Shown: positions 52,911 through 62,564, counted from the first letter of the stretch. The stretch: DNA of 64,000 bases from Nitrospirota bacterium (GCA_963751455.1 CAVVUN010000001.1:656669-720668); one strand, 5' to 3'. Numbers and translations: made by a program. Notes: generated from the letters alone by a model not told the origin.

Positions 52911-53058
52911 AGTGTGGTGTTGTTGGTTTTCGATATCTCGGTGATCGCGTTCCCGGAGTCAATGAGGAGATAGAGCGTATGGCTCCAATCTCCCGCTTGA
53001 ATTTCAGCTTGCAATATGCCCCAAATTGGCTATAATAAATTCAAGGAGATACAGTATT

Positions 53059-53373
53059 ATGCCTGTTGTTCAAACCGGATACGAACACATATCATTGGAT
53101 GAGCGAAAGACGCCCTTTATTGCCGGGACAACGTTGAAAGTCATCGAGCTCATCCAGGAGAAGCTGGCATATGGATGGGGCGCTGAAGAAATTCAATTAC
53201 AACATCCCTCCCTGACCCTTGGCCAGATATATTCCGCCTTGGCCTATTACGCAGACCATTGTGACGAGCTCAATAGCGAGATCGAGCAACGTATGGAGCG
53301 CGCGGACGCGACCCGCCATACTGTCCGGTCTTCTTCCCTCCTGAAGAAGCTGCATGCAAAGGGCCTGCTGTAG
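53059..53373 (+). CDS. DUF433-family antitoxin
   Basis: PFIAGTTLKV...EEIQLQHPSLTLGQIYSALAYY; AAGGAG RBS. Confidence 0.85.
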   Translation: MPVVQTGYEHISLDERKTPFIAGTTLKVIELIQEKLAYGWGAEEIQLQHPSLTLGQIYSALAYYADHCDELNSEIEQRMERADATRHTVRSSSLLKKLHAKGLL

Positions 53374-53729
53374 TGTCGATTTCGTTCTACATGGACGAAC
53401 ATATTCCAAAAGCAATCACGCTCGGCCTTAGATCGCGGGGCATCGATGTCCTGACAGCCCAGGAAGACGGCAGGGAGGGAAATTCCGACCCCGAACTTCT
53501 TGACCGGGCCTGCGTTCTCCGCAGGGTGCTGTTCACCTTCGACGATGACCTCCTGTCCGAAGCCGCTGATCGTCAGCGGACCGGTAAGTCGTTCTGCGGC
53601 GTGCTGTACGCGCACCCGCTTAGAATTTCCATCGCCAAGTGCATCAGTGATCTTTGCATCATCGGACAAGCAGGTGAACTCCAGGACATGGAAAATATCG
53701 TGGAATTCCTGCCGCTCAAAAAAGCATAA
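53373..53729 (+). CDS. DUF5615/PIN-like (VapC45-like) toxin
   Basis: FYMDEHI...LRSRGIDV...SDPELL...VLFTFDDD; coupled to DUF433. Confidence 0.85.
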   Translation: MSISFYMDEHIPKAITLGLRSRGIDVLTAQEDGREGNSDPELLDRACVLRRVLFTFDDDLLSEAADRQRTGKSFCGVLYAHPLRISIAKCISDLCIIGQAGELQDMENIVEFLPLKKA

Positions 53730-53789
53730 CCTCTTTTCCTAAAACCGGCACTATGCTCCACTTGCCCGATCTTTAATTCAGCATCTGAT

Positions 53790-54070
53790 AATCTCTTCGT
53801 TTCGGAGATGAGATTGTCGGAAGCAGCAACAACGAAGATCGTCTTGCCGCAAGTTCCAGTGAATGAAGCAGTTATGGAGATTTGAGTTGAGGAGTCGAGT
53901 GGAAGGGATGGGATTATTTGGTCTGTGCCGATCTGAACACCAACGGATGCAGGATCGCCAAAATAGAAACGTACCACTACAGTGTCTTCAAAACCGGCAT
54001 TCTTTATTGTCGCCGTAATTATCGTCTCCTCCCCTTCCCTCGGCATGGATTTGGAAAGAGAAATATTGCA
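53790..54070 (-). pseudogene. CARDB-domain remnant paralogous to 48735-49030
   Basis: NISLSKSMPREGEETIITATIKNAG...GKTIFVVAASDNLISET closely matches the first CARDB of giant protein 2. Confidence 0.8.
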
Positions 54071-54503
54071 CCTCAGCATCCGCCTTCGCCATTTCTATGC
54101 TGACCAAGTGCGTTTTAAGAACGTTCAGATTCTCGTTATATTTCTTCGTAAAATTCCGATGTCGTTGTTTGACAGTATCCGTAAGGCCACTGATTCTGTT
54201 TTCGGTTTCCTTAAACTGTTTCTGCAATTCCGCGTCGAGCTGTTGTATCGTGTCTCGTTCAGCCCTCAATTTCGCACGGTCCGTTCCCGCTTCCCCTATC
54301 CGGTCGAGACTCTCCTGGAATTTTTCCTCGGTCGTTTTCTGGCGTGCCTGTCCGCTGTGTTCCGCCTTCTGCCCTTTCGTGTCCCGGGCCTCGGTTACGG
54401 CCCAGGCGATCGGGGCATAGGCCTGCCCATAAGACCAAAAAATAAAGAATAAGACAAAACATGAAATGATTCGCAGTAACCGATAGAAGGTCTTCACACG
54501 CAT
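54070..54503 (-). pseudogene. 5' remnant of another large secreted protein (signal peptide + helical region)
   Basis: Signal peptide ending AWA and a coiled-coil-like segment, joined out of frame to the CARDB remnant. Confidence 0.65.
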
Positions 54504-54660
54504 AGTATTCTCTCCGTGTATTCAGTTTTCAGTTTTATAAAACAAAAGCGACGAACCGAGGCAATGCGTTAAAAAGAAATTCCAAGAACTGTCAAACTGG
54601 TACAGTGGCATACTGCGATACGCTGAGCCAGTGAGTGAATTTAGGAAGGTTTCATTTATG

Positions 54661-54727
54661 AATACTTTTGTAGCACAAATTCCAGATTGCCGTCAACAGA
54701 AAAACCTTGAATACCCCAAAAATACCC
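54661..54727 (-). promoter_or_regulatory. Putative promoter/operator, copy 1
   Basis: TTGACG...GTGCTACAAAAGTATT with upstream GGGTAT repeats; 16-bp identity with 57108-57123. Confidence 0.5.
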
Positions 54728-54940
54728 TGCACCGGGGATGTAATCGAAAATTGAGGTCTTATGAATTTGTAGCTTTTGGATCCTCCTCAAAAGCCTCACA
54801 CAACCCTTAGTTGTAAAAGTATTATCATAAAAGTTGTATTGAATATCAACGTAAAATTTGAACTTTAGAGCCATCTTTTGCAGCATTTTGCAATTTCGCT
54901 GATCTGATCCTCAGCCGGTCCATCAGCATGACAATCTCTC

Positions 54941-56014
54941 TTATGCCGTCTCGAACAATCGGGGCACCCGCGCTTTCAAGGTGCAGACCGGGCACCCTCC
55001 TCGTTTATATCTGTCGATGACTCGTTCCTGGTGCTCATGACCCTTTCTGCACGTCCACCACACGAGCCGCGTGGAAAATGGCGTCACGTCCCTCGGCGTC
55101 CACCAAGAATTCTTCGTCGTATGCCACTCGCGGGCGAGTCTCGGGCTTACAGCCTGAAGACAGTTGTCCTCTTTGCAAACCCTTCGCCCTGAACAGTAGG
55201 GACACCCATGACCGTTATTTCGATGCAACACCGTCTCTTTCCATTCGTGACCTTGTTTACACATCCACCAGACCTTTTTTCCAGAGCCGTAGGTCACATC
55301 CCGGGGCGTCAACAGGGCGTTCTTCGCCAGATGCCACTCCTTTGCAATCTTCGGATTTACTGTTTGAAGGCAGTTCTCCTTACACGCTTTTTTCCCCACA
55401 CAGTAAGGACACCCCTGACCTGTGTTTCTATGCACTATTGACGTCTGCCATTCATGGCCTTTTTTGCACAACCACCATACCTTTTTGTTGGATCCGGCTT
55501 TCATATCCATGGGAGTCAAGGGGCCGTTCCGGGTCGCGTGCCACTCACCGGCCAACTTCGGGTTCACGGTCTGCAAACAGTTGTCATGAGTCGCCTTCTG
55601 GCCCGCACAGTAGGGGCAGCCGGAGCCGTTGTTCCTATGGTAAATAGCGGTTTGCCATTCGTGGCCCTTCCTGCATACCCACCACACATTCCTGCCGGAG
55701 TTGGCAGTCACTGCCCGCGGGGTCCACGACTCATTCTTCGTCGGATGCCACTCCTTTGCAATCTTCGGATTTACGGTCTGAAGACAGTTATCTTTAGAGA
55801 CTCTTCGCCCCGTGCAATAGGGGCACCCCTTGCCCGTGCTTCTATTGGATACGGTCGCATTCCATTCATGGTTCTTCTTGCACTTCCACCAGAATCTTTT
55901 ATTGGAATATGGCAGGACTTTCCCCGGAGTCAGCGGCCCGTTTTTTGTCGGATGCCATTCTCGGGCGAGCGCCCTGTTCGCTTTGGCCAGTGATGGTTTT
56001 GCTTTCTTTTTCAT
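54941..56014 (-). CDS. Treble-clef zinc-ribbon (DUF4379-like) tandem-repeat protein without nuclease domain
   Basis: Five ~70-aa repeats EWHPTKN..LTP...KVWW.C.KGHEW...GCPYC. Confidence 0.85.
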   Translation of the reverse strand: MKKKAKPSLAKANRALAREWHPTKNGPLTPGKVLPYSNKRFWWKCKKNHEWNATVSNRSTGKGCPYCTGRRVSKDNCLQTVNPKIAKEWHPTKNESWTPRAVTANSGRNVWWVCRKGHEWQTAIYHRNNGSGCPYCAGQKATHDNCLQTVNPKLAGEWHATRNGPLTPMDMKAGSNKKVWWLCKKGHEWQTSIVHRNTGQGCPYCVGKKACKENCLQTVNPKIAKEWHLAKNALLTPRDVTYGSGKKVWWMCKQGHEWKETVLHRNNGHGCPYCSGRRVCKEDNCLQAVSPRLAREWHTTKNSWWTPRDVTPFSTRLVWWTCRKGHEHQERVIDRYKRGGCPVCTLKARVPRLFETA

Positions 56015-57072
56015 CGTGCGGTATTGTTTGTTTCGTTCGTCTCGTTGATCTGGTTGAGCGGTCTCGCGATCTTCTTCGTTCGTGCTGCCGCTGCTTCGGT
56101 CCTGTGTCCATGAGCGCGGACGCCCGCTTTTCGCTTTTTTCCGGCTGCGGCTTTCCTTAGATTGCTCCAGCCGGGCTTTCCGAACACGCGGATGAGGACT
56201 TTCAGGCTATGGCGGTGCCGGGCGTGAAAATGGGAGTAGCTCGGTTTTCGCCCGATTGCGTGAGCAGTGTCCAAATAATCCTGTATCAGGTGTTCGGCAT
56301 CCAGCCGATAGCTTTTCGGCATGGCTTTCTTCCCAGTTGCTTTTATGAGCCGCCTCCAGCCGGGCTTGCCGAATACGCGATCAAGCACTTTCGGGGTATG
56401 GCACTGATAAGTGTACTCGATGAGCTTCGGCCGCCTTCCCAGGCTATCCTGCAGCTCCAAAAAATCTTTCATAAGATGGACGGCGTTTAGATTGCGATCG
56501 ATAAATGGCTTATTAAATGCGATAAGCGGTTTGTCGCCCGCCGCGCGCACCAAATTTCGCCATCCGTACCTGCCGAATACGGCGGTAATGACACCCTGGC
56601 TATAGCATTCTTTGCAATATTCATTGCATCGGGGCTGTCTGCGGAGTTTCTTTCTCAGTGCGCGATACGCTTGAACTAGAATATCTTCCGAGGGATTGCT
56701 CTTGATAAAAGGCGTGTCGCCTGCCGCTTCGACCAGCCGTTGCCACCCGGGCCTGCCGAATATCCGGTTAATGATCCAATAGCCGTAGCACTCTTCCTCA
56801 TATTCCTTGTAATCGGGTTGACGGCCGAGTTTCTTTTTCAGGTCATGATAGTCTTGAATGAGCATGTCCCTGGTGCCGGCCGGTTTGTGGTGCGGCTTAT
56901 CACCGGCCTCTGCTAAAAACGATCTCCATCCAGGGCGGCCGAAAGCTCCGCAGAGCAGAAAGATGCTGTGATGTCTTTTGGCAAATTCGAGGCACGTGGG
57001 CCGTCTTCCAAGCGTCCTTTTCAATTGTCGATAGTCATTCAGCAGATGTTCTTTTGAAATTTTCCGTCTCAA
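56011..57072 (-). CDS. Homing-endonuclease-associated repeat protein without nuclease domain
   Basis: Five repeats LIQDY..L...LGR.P...EY...VFG.PGW..L..AAG; ATGA overlap with the zinc-ribbon gene. Confidence 0.75.
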   Translation of the reverse strand: MRRKISKEHLLNDYRQLKRTLGRRPTCLEFAKRHHSIFLLCGAFGRPGWRSFLAEAGDKPHHKPAGTRDMLIQDYHDLKKKLGRQPDYKEYEEECYGYWIINRIFGRPGWQRLVEAAGDTPFIKSNPSEDILVQAYRALRKKLRRQPRCNEYCKECYSQGVITAVFGRYGWRNLVRAAGDKPLIAFNKPFIDRNLNAVHLMKDFLELQDSLGRRPKLIEYTYQCHTPKVLDRVFGKPGWRRLIKATGKKAMPKSYRLDAEHLIQDYLDTAHAIGRKPSYSHFHARHRHSLKVLIRVFGKPGWSNLRKAAAGKKRKAGVRAHGHRTEAAAARTKKIARPLNQINETNETNNTAR

Positions 57073-57107
57073 TCCAAACCGCTCCTATTTATATTTAGCA
57101 TTTGAGC

Positions 57108-57156
57108 AATACTTTTGTAGCACGTATAAATTTTCGCGTCAATACCCCATATACCC
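57108..57156 (-). promoter_or_regulatory. Putative promoter/operator, copy 2
   Basis: TTGACG-17 nt-TACAAA preceded by TG; GGGTAT direct repeat at the -35. Confidence 0.55.
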
Positions 57157-57299
57157 GTCTAAAGCTGCGACTTTACTTGTGCGCTATCAACTCCGGACTG
57201 CCGATCATCTTCCGGGCGCTTGTGCGCCGGCGAAGTTCACAATGCTGTTTCCAGCTCCGCGCATTCGTCACTTGGCGTAATGCCGTAATTGGTGCGCTA

Positions 57300-57455
57300 G
57301 TGGAGCCCCCTCCGGCAGGAGCCGGAGGCTCCCCTCAACATCGCGACCTCCCGGGACTGCTTACACGCGACGCCTCATTCTTCACGATCGCGAGGAAGCG
57401 CTTTCCACCCCCGGCGGGAGCCGGGGGATGCCAAGGCGCGGGATCGCTGCATTCC
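57300..57455. repeat. Multi-hairpin dispersed element, longer copy
   Basis: Hairpins TCCGGC-AGGA-GCCGGA and CCCCCGGC-GGGA-GCCGGGGG; related to 1411-1497. Confidence 0.55.
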
Positions 57456-57551
57456 AGGGGAAAATGCACTAATTACCGACGTGAAAGGGGGCTAAGGGTC
57501 AGTAGTCAGAGAGGATGGATTAACCTCAAACGGTCCCGGCACATGGGGGAC

Positions 57552-58001
57552 CTACAACAGTACACCAAGTCCGAGAAACGCCTCGATACAATAGAGGCAT
57601 AGGAGGGCGATGCCAAGGATGAAATGCGGGGTGCGGAACTCGGGACCGGCCTTGATCTTTCGGGAAATAACGAAGGTGGAAACGAGACAGAGGACGATGA
57701 GCAGCCCGACAATAAAATGGAGAGGATATTCCAGCAGGTTTCCGGTATCCAGCAAAACCAGACTGAATCCGATAAAGAACCCCAGCAAACCCATCACCGC
57801 GAAAACAGGGCCGGCCTTCCGGTGTCGTTTAATTTTGGGATAGGGCAGCGGCGCCCCTGCCCTGCGGGCGCGCCTGATGCTGAAGCCGAGCGTCGCATGG
57901 TAAAAGAACAGGAGGATGACGATCGAATTGTAGCCGGCATGAACCAGCCGGAGAGACGAAAGAAGTTCTCTATCAATCAGAGGATATTGCATTGTTTCCA
58001 T
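57552..58001 (-). CDS. DUF4079-like membrane protein with conserved His (possible heme b binding)
   Basis: Four TM segments; LVHAG, KRHRK.G, PLHF, PHFILG. Confidence 0.65.
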   Translation of the reverse strand: METMQYPLIDRELLSSLRLVHAGYNSIVILLFFYHATLGFSIRRARRAGAPLPYPKIKRHRKAGPVFAVMGLLGFFIGFSLVLLDTGNLLEYPLHFIVGLLIVLCLVSTFVISRKIKAGPEFRTPHFILGIALLCLYCIEAFLGLGVLL

Positions 58002-58028
58002 GCAGAGAAAGTCCGTGTATGCTAATCC

Positions 58029-58481
58029 CTACGGCACTACTTCAATGGTTCCTTTCATGCCTCTGTGCTCGTGACTCTTGAAAAAAAGGAGCTTCTTGTC
58101 GCATATCATTTCATATGAGCCGGTCTTCGTGGGAGTGAATTTTATTTTTTTGGGGTCCTTATCACTGAGATCTACTTTGAAATCAATCCCCGCATCCGGG
58201 GCCTTAACCATGATATCATGAGGCACGATTCCCTTGACCTTCATTATGGTAAGCTCGGCCGGTACATTTACCTTTAGAACGATATGGTTCGGATCAAAAA
58301 AGTACTCTCCGCCGATGATTGCGACCCGTTGCACGCCGTCATTGCTTACAGTAGCGACGAAGAGTTTCTCCTTCGTGGTCGACTGGCTTGCAACCGGTAC
58401 TGCCGTTTCCTGTTTGGATTCCTCGGCATAGCCGACAAAGGCGATAGATGCCAGAATCAATGAGAAAACGATGTTTTTCAT
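58029..58481 (-). CDS. Exported cupredoxin-domain protein
   Basis: Signal peptide; FFDPNHI, PHDI, GSYEMIC...HEHRGMKG (His/Cys/His/Met copper ligands). Confidence 0.85.
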   Translation of the reverse strand: MKNIVFSLILASIAFVGYAEESKQETAVPVASQSTTKEKLFVATVSNDGVQRVAIIGGEYFFDPNHIVLKVNVPAELTIMKVKGIVPHDIMVKAPDAGIDFKVDLSDKDPKKIKFTPTKTGSYEMICDKKLLFFKSHEHRGMKGTIEVVP

Positions 58482-58598
58482 GGTTTGCCTCCTCTGGTCC
58501 TGTCCTGCTTTAGTATAGCATTAAAAAATGACTCCGTTGTGGCATCCGGCGGTACGGTTCTTGCGCGTAAAAAGCTGATTCTGTGCCATGCATTAATT

Positions 58599-61178
58599 TT
58601 ACTCAAAGCTGATATACGCCTTCGGGTCTATCTTCCTGGCAAGGTACGAAGGCGCCAGGCCGGCAGCCATCGTGGTTATAAAAAGAAGGGCCATGAGAAA
58701 CAGGAGCGGCATGAAAGGGATACGCAAGCTCACCTCCCATCCGAACGAAATCCTGTTGATAACATGAGTTATCACCATGCTGATTGCAGTACCCATAACG
58801 CAGCCGAGTGCAATCCCGGCAATGCCGATGATGGAAGCTGCGAGAACCATCGACTGGCTGATATGTTTCCATGTAGCGCCAAGGTAGCGCAAAATTGAGA
58901 TCGAGCGCTTCTTTTCAAAGACTAAAATGAGCAGCGCGTTCACCACGCCGATAATAGAAATGATGATCGCAATTACCTCTATGGTATACGTGAGCGCAAA
59001 ACTCCTGTCGAAGATCGTAAGTACAGTCGCGCGAAGCTCCTTGTTGTCAGACACGTCGAGGGCGTATTTTCGTCCCAGTCCCTGTTCGATCGTTCGAATG
59101 ATATTATTTTTGTCCGCATTCTTGGAAAGGTAAAGGCTGAGCTGCGTTGCATCATCCAGACCCCAGTATTCCTTCAACCATCGGTGGTCCATGTAAATGA
59201 ACCCGGACAGTGTCGAATAGCTGATGGAACTGCTGTTGATCGTAAAGCGCGCTCTTCCTTTCGGCGTCTCCAACTCGAGGACGTCGCCCCGCTTAAGGCC
59301 ATATTTTATCTTAAGGTAATCGGAGATTGCAACTTCCCGGTATTGCGCGAGCCGCTGAAGCCTCTCCTTCTCGTCGCGGCTCAGGTTGGGCTGGTACTTC
59401 CATAAGAGGTCGGAATCGCCGAACCCGGCAACTATCTTCCGACCCTGGAAGTCAACCTGCACCGCCCGGTACATACCGAGCCTCTCAACACCCGGCAGGC
59501 TTTTTACCTTGTCTATGACCTCTTCCGGAAGAGGATAAAAACAGAAATTAGACGGGCAGGACGCAGACTGTATATAGATGTCGGCGTTGATATACCGGTG
59601 TATCCAGTCAATGAAGGAGGACTTGAGGGAGAAAACCGAAGTAACAATCGCCACAATCAAGGCGGAGCTGACCGCGACGCTCATGAGCGCCAGGGAAAAC
59701 CGGTATCTGCTGCCGCCGGTGTCCCCCAATGCGATCCTGGCTGAAGCCTTGAACACACGGTAAAGCGGCCGCTTCAGTACGCGCAGGCTGCCCCCCAAGT
59801 ATAGCGGGGAGTTCATGGTGCAGCCCATGATAAAGAGAATGATCGCGGCATACGAAAGCCACGGGAAATCGAATGGCACGAAGCGGTAATCTATAACCGC
59901 AAGCCCCGCAGCAGCCAGTATCGAGAACCCGCCGATGATCGAATACATTCGTTGCCGGCCTTTATAGGTCTTCTCAAGGCTCCCCTCACGCCAGCTTTCG
60001 TTCGGCCTTACTGCGGCCGAGTCAAAAGCGGGAACCAGCGAGGCTAGCAGCGAGACGACCAGGCCCAGGCCAAGCGTGGCAAAAGCATCGGTCCAGGTGA
60101 TGAAGTAATCGGATACGGCCGGGCCGCCGTAAAACCTGGTCATTGTCTTTTCGACCATAACGATTGAAAACCAGGAGAATACCTGGCCGAAAACAATGCC
60201 GAGCACGGACCCAAAAAACCCGAGAATGATCCCCTGGCAGGAAAACAGCAGCACAACGGTCTTCCGGTCCATGCCGAGCCCGCGCAGGGTCCCGATTTCG
60301 GTCCTGCGTTTCACCACGGAGATGAATATGGTGTTGTATAAAAGAAAAACACCGACCAGAACCGCGAGAAACGTTACGAACCTGAGATTGAATCTAAAGG
60401 CATCGATCAGGCCTTTCTGGTTCCGCATGATGTTCTGCTTTTTCTCGATGGCTACATCCGGAGGAAGGATTCTACCGATGGCCTCCGCTGTTTTATCGTC
60501 AGCGGCAAGGTCTATCCTGCTGAGAGACCCGGTCTTCCCGAAAAATTCCTGATAATTGCCGAGGTCCATAAACAGCGTGTTCGAAGAAAGAGAAGGGACG
60601 TCGATGATGCCCACGATTTCCAGGAGGTATTCCTTGCTGTACACGTATGCGACAAGGGTCTGCCCTTTTTTAAGCCCGTGCTCGTCCGAAAATTTCTTTG
60701 TTATCAACACGCCGTTCGGCGTAGTCATGAATCGTTCTATGTCACCCTTGATTCTCGTCTCCTGATCCTCAAGGAGATGTTGAACAAAGGGTCTACGCTT
60801 CCCGTTCGCTTCAGCAGGACCGAAAATAGTTAGTGCCTTGACTGTGTATACACCGGTAATGTCGACGTTTCTTTTTACCGCAGGGATGAAGGCGTCCGAC
60901 GTAAGCAGGGGGAGGCTTTTTTCGGCAATGACATGGACGGTCCGGTAAACCGCTTCGTCGAAGCCCGTGCCGGCCTGGCCGGCAACTTCGTAATTAAAGG
61001 CTGGATTAAGCCCGGTAATGTTTTCTTCGAAGGACTTGACTGCCCTGTTTGTCGCCACGTTGACGCCCATAAACAGGCCGATACCGAGTGCCACGCCCAG
61101 TATAGAGAGGACGGTCAGAAATTTGTCTTCGCGTATGGACCTGATTACGATCCGGTCCAGGAGTTTGAAATATTTCAT
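58599..61178 (-). CDS. ABC transporter permease, double FtsX/MacB type (AttF/G-like)
   Basis: LSILGVALGI, RRTEIGTLRGLG, ISILRYLGA; two permease halves. Confidence 0.9.
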   Translation of the reverse strand: MKYFKLLDRIVIRSIREDKFLTVLSILGVALGIGLFMGVNVATNRAVKSFEENITGLNPAFNYEVAGQAGTGFDEAVYRTVHVIAEKSLPLLTSDAFIPAVKRNVDITGVYTVKALTIFGPAEANGKRRPFVQHLLEDQETRIKGDIERFMTTPNGVLITKKFSDEHGLKKGQTLVAYVYSKEYLLEIVGIIDVPSLSSNTLFMDLGNYQEFFGKTGSLSRIDLAADDKTAEAIGRILPPDVAIEKKQNIMRNQKGLIDAFRFNLRFVTFLAVLVGVFLLYNTIFISVVKRRTEIGTLRGLGMDRKTVVLLFSCQGIILGFFGSVLGIVFGQVFSWFSIVMVEKTMTRFYGGPAVSDYFITWTDAFATLGLGLVVSLLASLVPAFDSAAVRPNESWREGSLEKTYKGRQRMYSIIGGFSILAAAGLAVIDYRFVPFDFPWLSYAAIILFIMGCTMNSPLYLGGSLRVLKRPLYRVFKASARIALGDTGGSRYRFSLALMSVAVSSALIVAIVTSVFSLKSSFIDWIHRYINADIYIQSASCPSNFCFYPLPEEVIDKVKSLPGVERLGMYRAVQVDFQGRKIVAGFGDSDLLWKYQPNLSRDEKERLQRLAQYREVAISDYLKIKYGLKRGDVLELETPKGRARFTINSSSISYSTLSGFIYMDHRWLKEYWGLDDATQLSLYLSKNADKNNIIRTIEQGLGRKYALDVSDNKELRATVLTIFDRSFALTYTIEVIAIIISIIGVVNALLILVFEKKRSISILRYLGATWKHISQSMVLAASIIGIAGIALGCVMGTAISMVITHVINRISFGWEVSLRIPFMPLLFLMALLFITTMAAGLAPSYLARKIDPKAYISFE

Positions 61179-61261
61179 GATTGAGAACCAGCATGGCGCA
61201 AAGCGCATGGATCCAATATCCTTTACTCTGCCCTATGCGCTCTGCTCTATGCAACAGTTTA

Positions 61262-61912
61262 TTACGGCAAAAGCATGCCGTCGTGTATTCTGATTATCCT
61301 GTCAGCGTATTCCGCTACTTCCTGGTTATGGGTGACCAGCACAACGGTCTTCCGGTTTCTTTTTGCCGTGTCCTTGATAAGCTCCACGATCGAAGCGCCT
61401 GTGCGGGTGTCGAGATTCCCGGTCGGTTCATCGGCGAGTATGATTCCCGGTTCATGGATAAGAGCGCGAACAATCGCTACGCGCTGCTGCTCGCCTCCGG
61501 AAAGAGAAGCAGGGATGTCGTTCTCCCTGCCTGCGAGACCAACCTGTTTTATATACGAGAGTATTCTTGGCCGGTGTCCGTCTTCCTGCCCGCTCAGGAG
61601 AAGCGGTATTTCGATATTTTCATAGACGGTAATGTTGGGCAGCAGGTTGAAGAACTGGAATACAAAACCGACCTTTTCACGCCGGTAAGCCGTGAGTTGT
61701 TCATCGGAATAGGAAGAGATGTCCTGGCCGTCAACAACGATCCTGCCGCTGTCAGGTACGTCCATCCCGCCGATCAGGTTGAGGAGAGATGATTTACCGG
61801 ACCCGGAGCTCCCCATGATTGCCAGGAACTCTCCTTTCTGCACGGTAAGGTTGATGCCGGTAAAAACCGTCCGCGTCCCGTAGCATTTTTCGACGTTCTC
61901 AAGCCGGATCAT
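61262..61912 (-). CDS. ABC transporter ATP-binding protein (LolD/MacB-like)
   Basis: GSSGSGKS, LSGGEQQRVA, ILADEPTGNLD, VTH. Confidence 0.95.
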   Translation of the reverse strand: MIRLENVEKCYGTRTVFTGINLTVQKGEFLAIMGSSGSGKSSLLNLIGGMDVPDSGRIVVDGQDISSYSDEQLTAYRREKVGFVFQFFNLLPNITVYENIEIPLLLSGQEDGHRPRILSYIKQVGLAGRENDIPASLSGGEQQRVAIVRALIHEPGIILADEPTGNLDTRTGASIVELIKDTAKRNRKTVVLVTHNQEVAEYADRIIRIHDGMLLP

Positions 61913-61952
61913 ATGACCTCAGGAAGCAGAATATCTCGATGCATAAGTCAGC

Positions 61953-62522
61953 ATCCGCAGATTCCGCAGATGGCGCAGATTTTTCAATATGCCCAAGATG
62001 TTTAACGAGGCAATGCGTCAGACCCGATGAAGCATAAATTCAAAATCAAAAACGGTCTCGCGCAAAGCCGCAAAGGGCGCAAAGAAGACCTTTAAAAACC
62101 TTTACTTCGCATTATCTTTAAATTTGAGTCAAGTTTTTGAGAAGCTAAAAAGCATTTACCGCGAAGGCGCGAGGAGCGCGAAGGAAACCATACGACAAAA
62201 TCTTATTTCTGGTTTAAACCCGTTTCAATTCCTGCTTTCCTCGCGTCCTTCGCGCCTTCGCGGTTCCAAGGTATTTTTTTCATCGGTCTGAGGCCTTGCC
62301 TCGTTAAGTCTTGGTCTAGTTAAAATCAAATGATTGGGCCTTTCTTTGCGAGCTTTGCGCCTTTGCGAGAAAATTGGTTTTTTGTTTGATTCAAAAACTT
62401 GACTCAAAATTAAAGATCTTGGTTTGTAAATTAATTTAATTTAAAGCTCCACGTTTGGTCATGCCTTTTCCATTAAAGCAAAAACAATCTTTTAATCTGT
62501 GAAATCTGCGTCATCTGCGGAT
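61953..62522. repeat. Nested cluster of four inverted-repeat pairs
   Basis: Pairs at 61953/62494, 62056/62342, 62114/62391 and 62158/62236. Confidence 0.75.
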
Positions 62523-62564
62523 AACGGTCTTTGGCTTTCTATTTTGAATGAACGTAATTGTAAT

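Noticed and set aside
54941-56014. ~210-bp periodic repeats as a CRISPR array
   Set aside because: They are degenerate protein-coding repeats without identical repeats or unique spacers; no cas genes.
57102-57602. 166-aa plus-strand ORF
   Set aside because: Runs across a promoter and hairpin repeat; TTG start, no clear RBS or domain.
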